From assembly GCF_018977255.1 (NCBI RefSeq), contig NW_024704742.1:46068001-46132000 (forward strand): 64,000 nt of DNA, given 5' to 3'. This stretch comes from Callorhinchus milii. Taxonomy: Eukaryota. The translations under genes were made by a program, and so were the position numbers. The notes beneath the pieces were generated by a model that searched no databases, was not told the origin of the DNA, and saw nothing but the letters and a program-made list of their open reading frames with translations. Below are positions 1 through 11,720 of the stretch, in pieces; position 1 is the stretch's first letter, and each line of letters starts with the position of its first letter.

Positions 1-477
1 ATTTCAATTGTTTCTAAATAAAGTGCAAACAAACAAGTACCTGTTCCAGTTCGAGCTCTTTCAAGAGGATCAAAACAAAATCAAAATAAAATGACTGAAT
101 TTAAACACTCGGTAAATAAATGCACACCACTTCATGGAGATTTTTTTGAAGTGAGATCCTGTTTCTGGGAGAATAAAAAAAGTAAAACTTCAAAGCCTAA
201 ATATTAATCCATCACAAAGTGAATGCATTTTATTTACATTCATCTATTTTCATTTGATATCTATAAGTCCCTTAATGAGAGCTTTTCACTTAATAACACA
301 GACATTAAATTTCAGTCAGAAATAGACTACTGAATTATTTGCACAATATAGTTACGTAGAACAGGAAAAGCAATCCTGTGTAATACTTGGCAAACCATAA
401 AATAATTTTGTGCAGAACAACATTCACCACTTTTACAAATTTAACTAAACTATTCTAAACTACTGTATACAAAGTAA

Positions 478-785
478 TCATCCTTCGGATGAGACTTGAA
501 TCCAAGGTTCCGTCTGTCTATTCAGATGGACTTCTGAAAAAAATCCCTTGGCACTATTTGAAAAGAGAATGAAGTTTCTCCTGCTGTCCTGGCCAACATT
601 CTTCCCCCAAAAAATTGGTCACGCAATTCATGGCTGTTTGTGGGACACTGCTGTGTGCAACTGACTTCAGGTTTCACCCCTAACATATACATTCACTTCA
701 CTTTACAGTATATCCTGTGAAGTGCTTTGAGACATCTTCCCGATGTGAAAAGCGCGATACAAATGTAATTTGTTGTTGTTGTTGA
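478..785 (+). mobile_element. Deu-domain SINE (SacSINE1/AmnSINE1-like), 5'-truncated, ending in an L2-type (TTG)n tail
   Basis: Contains CCTTCGGATGAGAC..., GGCACTATTTGAAAAGAG..., TGTCCTGGCCAACATT and GCTGTTTGTGGGACACTGCTGTG, matching the Deu domain as remembered and other copies in the window; ends AAATGTAATTTGTTGTTGTTGTTG. Confidence 0.8.
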
Positions 786-1010
786 AACACTTGCTGACTT
801 CTCAAGGAGGAATGTATCATATTGGGATTGAAATTCCATTATAGGAACACAGCTGTCATAAAGGGGTCTGGACCCTGGGATGTTTTAATGCCAAAATCTT
901 AATACACGAACACTAATTTTTGTGACCGTTAATCTTTGGAAGGTTTCAAATGTTAGATCCAAACTTCAGGGCCTGATTTACCATCCAAACAGCAATAATA
1001 ACTGCATTTA

Positions 1011-1762
1011 ATGTAAGCTGATGGTACAATCTTAAAGGGGGTGAAGGAACAGAGAGACCTGGGGGTTCATATAAGCAAATCTTTGAAGGTGGCAGGACAG
1101 GCAGATAAAGCTGTTAAAAAGCATATGGGATACAAGGCTTTATAAATAGGGGCATAGAATACAAAGGTCAGGAAGTTATGGTGAACCTTTATAAAACATT
1201 GGTTAGGCCTCAATTAGAGTACTGTGTTCAGTTTTGGGCACCACACTTTAGGAAGGATGTCAAGGCATTGGAAAGGGTGCAAAGGAGATCTACCAGGATG
1301 GTACCAGGAATGAGGGACTTCAGTTATCAGGAGAGGCTAGAGAAGCTGGGATTAATCTCCTTGAGGCAGAGAAGGTTAAGAGGAGACTTAATAGAAGTTT
1401 TCAAAATTATGAGGGGTTTGATAGCCTGAATAAGGAGAAACTATTTCCACTGGTGGGTGGGTCGGTAACCCGAGGACACCGATTTAAAATAGTCGTTAAA
1501 AGAAACGGAGGGGAGGTGAGAAGAAATGTTTTCATACAACGAGTTGTTTGGATCTGGAATGCATTGCCTGAAAGGGTGGTGGAAGCTGATTCATTAACAA
1601 ATTTTAAAAGAGAAGTAGATAATTATTTGGGAAGGAAAAGTTTGCAGGGCTATGAGGAGAGAGCCGGGGAGTGGGATTGAATTGGATAGCTTTTTTTTGA
1701 AAGAACTGGCACAGACAAAATGTGCCGAATGGCCTCCTTCTGTGCTGTACAATTCTATGATT
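1011..1762 (+). mobile_element. CR1 LINE 3' fragment (family A), degenerate ORF2 C-terminus and 3' UTR
   Basis: ORFs give LYKTLVRPQLEYCVQFWAP, LERVQRR, RRLRGDLIEVFK, TRGH and WNALP, typical of CR1 ORF2; tail GAATGGCCTCCTTCTGTGCTGTACAATTCTATG; closely similar to the copy at 56106-57486. Confidence 0.95.
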
Positions 1763-2067
1763 TATATAGTGTCCTTCACATGGGATGGTATTTCAGAGCA
1801 CTTAAATATGGATGAATGCTGGATGGGTCTGTCATCTAAATACACCTATTTCAAAGGGAAATTACATAAAATCTTCAGTCCATGTTCATTCATCCTTCCA
1901 GAAAATCCACCCTATCATCTTCCCATCACAGCATCAAACTGCTTTATAAATGAGTCCAGTGTTCTGTGGTCAACTATTCTTCACCCTGTACCCACCCCCA
2001 CCATCCCAAGGCAAAGCTTTCAATTACAAGTGATGTGGTTTTAGTTTGTTACTTTAGTTTGTTAATG

Positions 2068-2460
2068 GAATACAATAAAAAATCCTTTTACATAGCAGGT
2101 TTCAGATCAGGAGGGCATCCCAAACCATTTAACAGTACACTGGCTGGACACCTGGGTTATGGGGGGGAGCTGACTGGTGTTGGGGAAGGTGGGTAGGTGA
2201 AAGATGATCAAAAGTATGGACACAGTGGTAGGTCTTGCAACAGACCTTGAATGAGATGAGGGAGAAGACGGTTGAAGGATGGAATTCCAGAGAATGGGGT
2301 CAGATAAGCTAAAAGCCCGTCAACCGATGGTGGGGTGGGTAGGGCATGGGGACATGAAACAGCCTCACTGAGTGAAGGGAGAAGTCAGGTCAGTAGGGTT
2401 TGAGGAGGTCACAGAGATATAGGGTTAAGTGAGAATGCAAAGGAATTGAAAGGTGAGCAA
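2068..2460 (-). mobile_element. L2 LINE 3' fragment, old
   Basis: Degenerate reverse-complement L2 tail (CAGGAGGGCATCCCAA) followed by the purine-rich L2 3' region (GGAATTCCAGAG, GATGGTGGGG) shared with other L2 copies. Confidence 0.75.
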
Positions 2461-2973
2461 GGCTATGCAGGATACAGCAGTAGTACCCCAATGCATAGTC
2501 TATGTCCCCAAGCCTTGTCAACCTGTGCGTAACATTCTTCAGAATTAGTTAAGCAGGATGCATCCCTCTAGTGAGAAAGTCTGCATTCCATTGTACTTGG
2601 AAATTTCAATGCATAGGTGGCATACATGTGTGGAGTTCTCAATCCAGTGTGGACACTCTTAAGCATGATAATAGGTTTCGCTATTATCAGACAAATAATA
2701 ATAATAATAATCCTTGCATTTGATATAGCTCCTTATCACATCTTTGAGATGTTTCAAAGCGCTTCAAGGAATATACTGTAAAGTGAATTGACTATATTTT
2801 TTGGGCGAACAGCTTATCCAAACAAAATGCACACTTAGATCAGTTAATGCTGTTTACATATTAATTGGATTCAATCCGATTTTAAGTACATCACTCAGAT
2901 TCTGGAATCGCTCCAATTCCAGCGGTTTAAATGTAAATCGTGTTTTACTGCAACTGATTCCAAACAAAGTTTA

Positions 2974-3320
2974 AACAACAACAACAAGATTACCTTTGTA
3001 TAGTGCCATTCAATGAAATGTTGTACACTGTCCAGCGCCTTGGGACGTCTCCCCGACGTGAAAGACGCTATACAAATTTAATCTTGTTGTTGTTGTTCAC
3101 GTCGGAGGATGTCCCAAGGTGCTGGACAGTGTACACCATTTCAGACCCGAGCTGGGGTCAGGGGGGGAAAAGGGAGATGAAGGGAAAGGGGGTGGCCGAT
3201 GGCATGGTCAAAGAGGAGGAAGGGGGGTGGCTGATGTCATGGTCAAAGAGGAGGAAGGGGGGGTGGCTGATGGCATGGTCAAAGAGGAAGAAGGAGGGTG
3301 GTCAATGGCATGGTCAAAGA
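2974..3320 (-). mobile_element. L2 3' fragment with an inverted self-copy (3013-3095) and a terminal minisatellite
   Basis: (CAA)n tail at 2974; tail stem-loop sequence split by an opposite-strand copy flanked by TTCA; tandem units at 3188-3320. Confidence 0.85.
3188..3320. repeat. Minisatellite, about 4 copies of a ~35-bp L2-derived unit
   Basis: GGGTGGCTGATGGCATGGTCAAAGAGGAGGAAGG-like unit repeated four times, the last copy partial. Confidence 0.9.
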
Positions 3321-3763
3321 AAACTGATGGACCAATAGTTTTAGAGATCTGGATACACTCTTAGTTTTTGAGTAACATTAATAAGTTGCTGTTTTGTAAT
3401 GCTTATTGGAGTTCTGAGCAAGCTGCCAGTTGTGCCCCTGATCCCTGCACAAGAATAATTTGAAGTGAAAAGTGTAAATCTGTTTTGCTGCTCTGAATCT
3501 TCCTATTGCTGGAAGGGGTATCCCATCACATCTGTTGTGCAAAGAGGTACTGGCCTGATTCATCAGTTTGTCATGAAGTTGAAAGAAGTATCGTTAAGCA
3601 GCTACTCTATGCAGTTGGACATCAACAATCTTTGTACTTTCTTGCAATTATTTTATAGATATTCTTGTCCTCAAAAATCACATACATGAAGGAGATGGCA
3701 ATAGAGGAGGAGTATAGGTGATGGGAATATGAAGGGTGGAGCCCGTGTGAAGTACAAACATAG

Positions 3764-4296
3764 TGTTGGGTTATGCATAAGAGCATTGAGTATTGTTAGC
3801 ATAGGTGTGCAAAATTAGCATACCAACAAGGAGTTAAAATGGGTGAGAGGTCATGGTAAAATGTGGTCAGGTAACAATGGAATCACTACAAAGAAAAAGG
3901 GGGTGAATGAAACGTATGATTGGATATGTTGATGAGGGATTGTAACCTATTCACCAACCATTGAATGGCATAAGATACATAGGGTTTGTAAAGTAACGGA
4001 TTGTAAATGACTGCCAAGAGATTAGTGGAACGTTTTGAGGGAGTGGAATGAGGGTATAAAGACAGGGAGAACAAAGAACGAGAGGCAAGAAAAAGATCGG
4101 AGCAGCACGAGTGAAGACTTGATGGAAGATCAAAAGCTTGAATAACCAAACAAGACAGATTGGAACCTCGGCTGCTGAACATCTCGTCCCGTGGTAGCAT
4201 TGTTTTGTTGTAATCCCTCCATGGTGTAACTTTATAGAACTAGTCAAGTTTGACTTAACAGATTTTGTCTAAACGGACCTTTCTTGATATCTAACA
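3764..4296 (+). mobile_element. Probable solo LTR (533 bp) inserted in an old CR1 3' UTR
   Basis: Starts TGTTGG and ends CTAACA (TG...CA, imperfect terminal inverted repeat); TATAAA at 4055-4060; more CpG than the flanks; the flanks rejoin into a CR1 tail (GTGTGAAGTACAAACA...AAAATGCCCTGTTTCCGT). The target-site duplication is not clean. Confidence 0.65.
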
Positions 4297-4361
4297 CAAG
4301 ACAGTACTTGTTAGGCAAAATGCCCTGTTTCCGTATCATACTACTCTAAGTAACTTTATGT

Positions 4362-4593
4362 ACAACAACATCAATAACAACTCTTGCACTTATATAGCGC
4401 CCTCCACGTAGGGTAGCATCTCAGAGCCCCTATCAGTGGCGGAGCCTGAATTTGAGCCGGGGAGGGGAGGTGACTGTAAACACGGTCAAAAAGGAAAGTT
4501 TTCAGGCAGGACTTGAAAAAGGGGAGAGAGGGGGCAAGGCGGAGGGATTGAGGGAGATTGTTTCAGAGCTTCGGGGCCTAGTGGCTTAAAGCC
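4362..4593 (-). mobile_element. L2 3' fragment, second tail subfamily
   Basis: (CAA)n-like tail, TATATAGCGCCCTCCACG...TCTCAGAG stem-loop variant also seen at 22330-22395 and 44668-44735, then the L2 purine-rich region. Confidence 0.75.
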
Positions 4594-6384
4594 ATATGTA
4601 GTCCTTCATGTAAATCATGAAGGACAATATTTTAGAATCTTCAATTAGAACAACAAATGAAAGAAACAAAGTGAAAAGAAGCTCAATTTTTTAGACTTGA
4701 TCAATAATAATCCTTGCATTTGATATAGTGCTTTAACACGTTGAGATGTCTCAAAGCGCTTCACAGCATTTTACTGTGAAATGCAATAATTATGTATTTG
4801 CAGGTGAACCCCAAGTTCAATGAATTGCCAGATTCACACATATTCCAAAATCTGAGCTCTCTCTATTCACAGTATTCAGTACTCCAAGAGAAAAAATCCC
4901 AAAAGAGGAACATCTGCAAACTCCTCTTTCATATAAACATTCCACATGAGGGTATCACAGTTCAATTTCTCTTTCAAGTAATTTCTGTATGATATGGAAT
5001 AACAATGAGGATATCAAGATGAACTCTTCTAAATGGTTTTGACACAAAGAATTTGGAGCTTAATGATTAAATTGGCAAAATAATAGAAAAATGAGCAGAA
5101 AATGTCACCAATTATTTCCTAGAGGCTTTTTAATCGTAGTATTTCAAAATATTTTAATGACTTTCTGTGCATATCATAGGGAGAATAATTAGAGCCAATG
5201 AATGAGGACTATTCTACTTTAAAGACTCATTGTGAGTGTCAAACCCTTCCAAATGATGGAAAGCTCATTCTATTTCCACTCCAACAATAAGACTCATGCT
5301 TAACCTTTGAAGAAAATTCACCAATGGTAGAGGAAATAAACAAAATGATGAGTTTTCACGACATCAGAGGTGAATTGTTTAAATCAAGACATCTTCCATA
5401 AGGTGCTCGTCTTTTCTTTTATGAAAGACATAGGAGAGATTTATTACAGAGAAACCAGTGATTTCTTTGTACAGAAAGTACTGTACTCTCAGCATCCATT
5501 CTACTTGAATTCAAAGTGGAAACAGAACGACAAACAATGGGATAATTTGACAATATCATCCTTTATCACAAAGGATGACACCTCTATGGTGGGAATGTCA
5601 GCTAAATCCCTACCTGATTATCCACAATAGTTTAACCAGTCTAACATATTGGGGATTCTAATTTGTGGATCTTAGATGTTAGTGATGAGTTTACTGGAAG
5701 AGAAGGTGTCATAGAGAAGGTGGGGTGCGGTGTATGAAACAGTGAGGGTCCAGGCGAAAGTTTTAGTAGTTTGCAACAAAAGAAAAAGATTATTCAGAAA
5801 ATGAAGAAAAGTAGCAGAACAGGCTGGGCACCTGGAAGGTAAACAATATAATAATTTAAACCATTACCCATGAATTCATTTAAAAGATAAATGTTAAGAA
5901 AGAGGAATATTCAAGTGTATGAACAGAGCAGGAAAAAGTACAAGTACTAGGGAAGACTTGATGGGTCAAACACCCCCTTCTTTATTATCACATTGTGTTA
6001 TTCTATGTGTTGACCCAATGAATGAGGATCTGCAAGCTATTTAAATTATGGGAATCTCGCAACAGATCCAAATCTGATTCTCATCCAGAATTCAATCATG
6101 TGGTCTTTCAGGAGGAATTACTGCATGATAACCATGAATAAAATCTTTGTCCTGTCTTTGTCCTCCACAATGATAATAATAATAATAATAACCCTTGCAT
6201 TTGATGTAGCGCCTTATCACGTCTTCCAGACGTCTCATAGGGCTTCAGAGAATATACTGTAAACTGAATTGACTGTATGTTTTGTGGGTGAAATGTAACA
6301 GCCAATTGATGTTCTCATTCACACTCACAACTACATCAGCTAACTCAACCATAGATTACCTATCTGTGAGCTTCCTGATCAATA

Positions 6385-6640
6385 AATAATCGTTGCATTT
6401 CATATATAGCGTCTTTCAGGAGAACGTCTCTCAAACACCTGACAGGATTTTCTGTCAAATCAAGTGGATGTATTTTGTAAGCAAGAGCAGCAGCCAATTT
6501 GTGCAGCATTGTCCAACAAACAGACATTAAGTGATTGACTAATTTTATTTATTTTTATTTATTTAGCCACTCCCTTCTATTTTCAAATAGTACATTGGAT
6601 CTTTTCAATAGTGCACGGACACCTGAACAGAAAGACACTT
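6385..6640 (-). mobile_element. Deu-domain SINE fragment, old; further SINE tail fragments at about 2695-2815, 4703-4810, 6175-6310 and 8020-8100 (all minus)
   Basis: AATAATCCTTGCATTTGATATAG-type reverse-complement tail followed by GCAGCCAATTTGTGCAGC..., CAAACAG. Confidence 0.7.
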
Positions 6641-8799
6641 TAGGTCACTGCCAAGTATATTGCTTTTAGTACCCATAGAATCAAAGACATTGCAGCAAAG
6701 GAAGAAGCCATTTAGCCTAAAAGAGTGCTGGCTCATCCACTGGAGCAATTATTAATCCAAACTCACTGATCATTTCTTGTACACTTTTGAATTCTTCTTT
6801 TTCAATTGTTCATGTAATATTCTTTTTCAAACGGTCGTGCAATATTCTTGAAGAAAGAATACAGATAAAACTGGAAATTGGAAAAACATCAACAGCATCA
6901 GAATCTTCAGCTAAATCACAAAATGAAAGAAATGAAGCTTTGCTCTGGTATTAACAGCAGAATCTTTGTATAGCAGTGCACTGTCTTGAGTTCATATTTT
7001 TGCACCAATAATCTCATCTCTTGGCATTATGCCTTCAGAACCGCTGCTTGGATCAATTTAACAGACATCAGTGATTTCTGCCATGTTGAGTTTTAGGCTC
7101 TGCATAATATATTTACTGCTTAGTTTCTACAATATAAAGATTCATTGGCTCAATTAGTATTGCAGTTGCAGTTCTGTCATCTTAGATAGTATTATAGTGT
7201 TGACAAAAATTAACAGTTATTGCACAAAATATTCCCAGAAATTAAAGGAGGTTTTGAATAAGTTTTGGTCTCAGTATTTCTGGCTATTTGGAATAACTTG
7301 AATAGAAAATATTGCTCTGTAAAATCTAAAGTGCTATTAGTTTAATAGATTTTTTTTGTAGAAGGACGCTGAATTCAAAGTAATAAAACTAAAGTCATGT
7401 AAAATCTCTCTAGTTCAGCTGTCTACATATATAAATAAAGCCTAAGTGTATCTCATAATTATTATGCATGTTTGAACATGTAAAAGTCATTGAGAAGTAG
7501 CTTCTCTATTATGTTCTCTTGTATTTCTTAAACTGTCAGAAGGATTCCAACCTAGAACTTGTTTGCAGTCTTTGGTGATACTGAAATTTTGAGATTGTTG
7601 ATGTATCATTCTTGGATTTTTGAGTGAATTCTCCACATGATAGTTTGATTCCAGTGGGAGCTCTACTTCCTAGTTCCACGATTCCCCACATTTTAAGTTG
7701 CTTTAGCTAACTTCCATCAGAATGCTCCACACACAAAGCTAATGTATTTTATTGAGTTAAGCCCCATAGTACAACCTAGATCATGACACTGGTCAGGGAA
7801 TCTTTATAGTAAACCTATTCATGAAAGTCAAATGGTTCTCTCAGCTTTGGCAATATTTGCTGGATCTCTCTGAATGTGTGGTTTATTTTAAGAAACTTAT
7901 CTTTGATTTTAAATGTTATTAGCCAGGATAGTTTTCTGTAACATATTTGGGATGAAATTTGCAGAATTTAATAACGTGTCTGATATTACTAAGTGATGAA
8001 AATTTCAGCTCAGATGTGATAATAATAATCCTTGCATTTAATATAACACGTTATCACATTGTTGAGATGTCCAAAAACCCTTCACAGGATATACTCCAAG
8101 ATCTTTCAGGACTTTGTTGATTGAACCAGGTCTGTGTATGAAGTTGCCAATCCTTGAATCTCTCTTTATTGTCAGAATTTTTTTTGATTTGATCTCAAGA
8201 GGGCTAAAATTCCGGCTGCCAATCCTTTTAGCAAATTGACAAGGTCAGCCTGCAATGCGATTTCCCTGTTATAATCACTCATCATTAAGTGACTTCATGG
8301 AATCCTAAGTGAAGTGTCAGTCCACAGATATCTTAGTCATAGAAACAAAGAAGCAGGAGGAGGCCATTTAGCCCACTAGAAGTGGAAGTACCATTTAGAA
8401 CTACCATTTAGAACTAAAAAACTAAATGTAATACTACCATTTCTTATATATAGAATCTTAAGCAATGGGTCAAAATCCAATGAGCAGGAAAACATCACGT
8501 TCAGACTACCTAGAACATGATTAGCAAACTTTGGCAAGTAGTCCTGAAGTGTGGGGATCAAGTTCTGATGGGAGAATCCCCAGAGCTGACCAGCAATACT
8601 TTTATTCCACTTTTATCCTTTGGTTCTATTCCAGCATATCGGTGAGAATTACAATGGAATAAATCAAGATGTAATGACTAAGTGATGTTAACCTTGGATT
8701 TTAAAAGCATATGATGAGTTGCAGGAAGAAGGAACAACTAATGAGAGGTAAAGGATTCCATAGACTTGAGGTCCTTAGAAGAAATTGACGAGATGGTAC

Positions 8800-9375
8800 T
8801 GCTAGAATATGATATATGTAATGAAACGCTTTAAGGCAGGGCCGCATAAAATTGTAAACGTTAAATTGTTAATCTTGTTCATATGAATCAAAATGACGGA
8901 TATCACCATTTTGTACTCAAACCATCACTCAACGTCTGTTAATAACATAAGTTGTTTTTGTCTGGTTAAGAAGAAATGGTCAACATGAAATGTTGAAGCT
9001 AGACAACCATTGGCCTTGGGAGCATACAAAGTTGTTTTGTATTCAAAACGTCCGATTCTTGGGATAAACAGTGCGCTTGACTCTTCGCCCAGTTGCGAAA
9101 GGCCAACATGCCTGATAATTGATTAGATGAACAAAAAGGTATAAAGCTGAAAGGTTGTTGACATAAAGTTGCAGAATCGGCAGGGAACCAGAGGCAGAGG
9201 GCCAAGGCATGCTGAATGCTCCAGAACCGGGTAGTATATGTTTTATGTCACTTGTGTTAGTGCCAGGACTTTCCTACCTGCTTTGTAAAAGTTACTCTTG
9301 TTATTAAAAACTCTGTTACACCTTAATTGGATTTGTTGGGTCATTATTGGAACCTCGGGATCGGAAATTCCAACA
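8800..9375 (+). mobile_element. Solo LTR (576 bp) with a 4-bp target-site duplication GTAC
   Basis: GTAC (8796-8799) | TGCTAGAAT ... ATTCCAACA | GTAC (9376-9379); termini are a 7/9 inverted repeat with TG...CA; TATAAA at 9140-9145; ATTAAA at 9303-9308; CpG-richer than the flanks. Confidence 0.85.
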
Positions 9376-9499
9376 GTACAGAATGCCTTGAATTTAACTG
9401 AATGAAGAAACAGGAAGGAGGAAGAGCGCAAAGTAAAGTGCAGGTCGAGGTTAATATGATTAATTCATCATTTATATTTCCATTCATTCCATGTAGAAT

Positions 9500-11461
9500 G
9501 CTACCGCTATGCCCTCGCCTTCGCTAAATTGTTGTCCTACTCCAAGACAATCTTGGAGGCTAAGAACAACTCCAGGCTCCTCTTCTCCATCACAAACCGA
9601 CTTCTCCGCCCACCCTTTCACGCCTCACCCATCCTCACCTCAAATGCCAACTGCGAGGCGATGCTGGACTTACTTGAATCCCAAATCGAGGGAATCCGCT
9701 CAGCTGCCTCTGCCACAGCAACTACTACCCCCTCCCCATCTCCTCCTCCCACCTCAGCCCCTACCTATCCCTCCCTCCACATCTTTGAACCCATCTCCCC
9801 CTCGTCTCGCATCACCACCATAACCCGTATGAAACCCACTACTTGCTCCCTGGATCCCATCCCTACCCCCCCTCACCTCCCAGCTCCACCTCCTTAACCC
9901 TCTACTCACAGACATTGTTAACCTCTTCCTGTCCTCTGGTACTGTTCCCACCAATTTAAAAACCGCTGTCATCATTCCTATCCTTAAAAAACCCTCCCTG
10001 AACCCTTCTCTACTATGGGGCGAATGCCCCATCTCCAGCCTCCCCTTCCTCTCCAAGGTTCTGGAATGAGTTGTTGCTTCTCAGCTTCTTTCCCACCACT
10101 CCCTTCTCGAACCCCTCCAATCGGGCTTCCGTGGAGTCTGCAGTACAGAAACAGCCCTAGTCAAAGTGATAAATGACATTATGTCCATCTGCGACCAGGG
10201 CTCCCTCTGCCTCCTTGTCGTCCTTGACCTCTCTGCTACTTTCAACATCATCGACCACTCTATCCTCATCCACCACCTCTCCTCTCACCTCAATCTCCAC
10301 GGCGCTTTCCTTGATTTGTTCAGATCGTACCTCTCACACCGTCTGCCTTCATCTACTCAAATGGCTTCTCCTATAGCCTCCGACCATCTCGTGCGGTGTT
10401 CCTCAGAACTCTGTCCTTGGTCACCTCCTCTTCAATATCTAGATGCTCCCTCTTGGTGACATCATCCGCAGACCTGGGGTCAACTTCCATATGAATGCAG
10501 ATGACACCCAACTCTACCTCTCTGCCTCCACCCTTTACTCCAGGACCACTGCTGTGCTGACATAATGTTTGTCAGACATGAAGTCCTGGATGAGAGCTAA
10601 CTTTCTTCAGTTGAACATCAACAAGACCGAGTCTCTCCTGATTGGCTTCCGTCAGCGCCTCCTCACCTCAGGCTCTGACAGCATCACCATCCATGGTTGC
10701 ACACTGCACCTTGCTAAGCCAATCCGGAACCTTGGGGTCTTTTTCAACCCTCAACCATCCTTTCTACCCCACATTTGTGATATGACCCACTCTGCCTTCT
10801 CCCAGCTCTGCAACACTCCAACACTGTTTCACACCGCAGGCCGCCGGAACCCTATACATGCCTTCATTATTTCGAGGCTTGACTACACAAACTCACTGCT
10901 TGTCAGCTTCCCCAACTCCTCCCTCCACAGGCGGCAGATCATCCAGAACTCTGCAGTCCGTGTCCTCTCCTGCACTAGGCTCTGTGACCCTATTACCCCC
11001 ATCCTTGCCCAACTCCACTGGCTTCTCATCACACAGAGGATACAGTTTAAGACCCCGATCTTCACCTTCAAAGCCCTCCATGGTCTTGCTCCCCCCTACC
11101 TCTCCGACCTCCTAACACCCTACCCTCCTATTCGCTCCCTCCACTCAGTGGGCTCTGGCCTGCTTCATCTGCTCCGCCTTGCTCGCCGCACTATCGGCAG
11201 GTGGGTCTTCCACCACTCTGCACTCATCCTCTGGAACTCCATCCTACCATCCCTCCATCTCGTCCCCTCCCTCGCCACCTTCAAGACCCACCTCAAGACC
11301 CTTCTCTTCGATCATGCTTTCGATCTCCCTGCTTCCCCCCCTGCCCTCCAACCTCCCCACTCTAACCCTCAGCTCGGGTCCAAAACTTTGTCTATCCAGC
11401 ACCTTGGGACTTCCTCCTGACATGAAAGGCGCTATATAAATGTAATTTTGTTGTTGTTGTT
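9500..11461 (+). mobile_element. L2 LINE, 5'-truncated (~2 kb), frameshifted ORF2 reverse transcriptase
   Basis: Motifs KPTTCSLDPIP, LVVLDLSATF, M(N)ADDTQLY (near 10490-10520), WMRANFLQLNINKTE, SRLDYTNSLL, PITPILAQLHWL and FKTHLKT; tail GGCGCTATATAAATGTAATTTTGTTGTTGTTG. Confidence 0.95.
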
Positions 11462-11539
11462 TATTTGGTAAGTTATCTCATGTCACAAGATGTCATTTCT
11501 TCATAGTGAAAAATAACCATGGGAACAAGTCTGCTAACT

Positions 11540-11720
11540 AGTCACCCATTTCCAGCAGGGTTTGTGAATAACAAAGAGAAGTGGAAACCCTGACTCATTT
11601 TTCCTCCCTATCCCGATGGTTTTCTTTTCCTTGTGGTGTCTGGAGGTGCCTAATGTTGCTTCTTCTATTCAGATCTCCTTGAGTACAGGAGTCAAACGTC
11701 AAGTTAGCTAACTAGCAGTA
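11540..11720 (-). mobile_element. Ancient SINE relic, AmnSINE2-like
   Basis: Minus strand reads GGGATAGGGAGGAAAAATGAGTCAGGGTTTCC...AAACCCTGCTGGAA, resembling the AmnSINE2 body from memory; not verified by search. Confidence 0.4.

Noticed and set aside
41..94. Possible minus-strand microexon ending CAG|GTACTT
   Set aside because: Acceptor is ambiguous (15, 17 or 54 nt), the donor is weak and it lies at the window edge; unsupported without RNA data.
3188..3320. Regularly spaced repeats resembling a CRISPR array
   Set aside because: Units are contiguous with no unique spacers, derive from L2, and lie in vertebrate DNA.
10569..11420. Longest ORF (283 aa) as a functional or domesticated gene
   Set aside because: It is the C-terminus of L2 ORF2; the upstream reverse transcriptase is frameshifted and YADD reads NADD.
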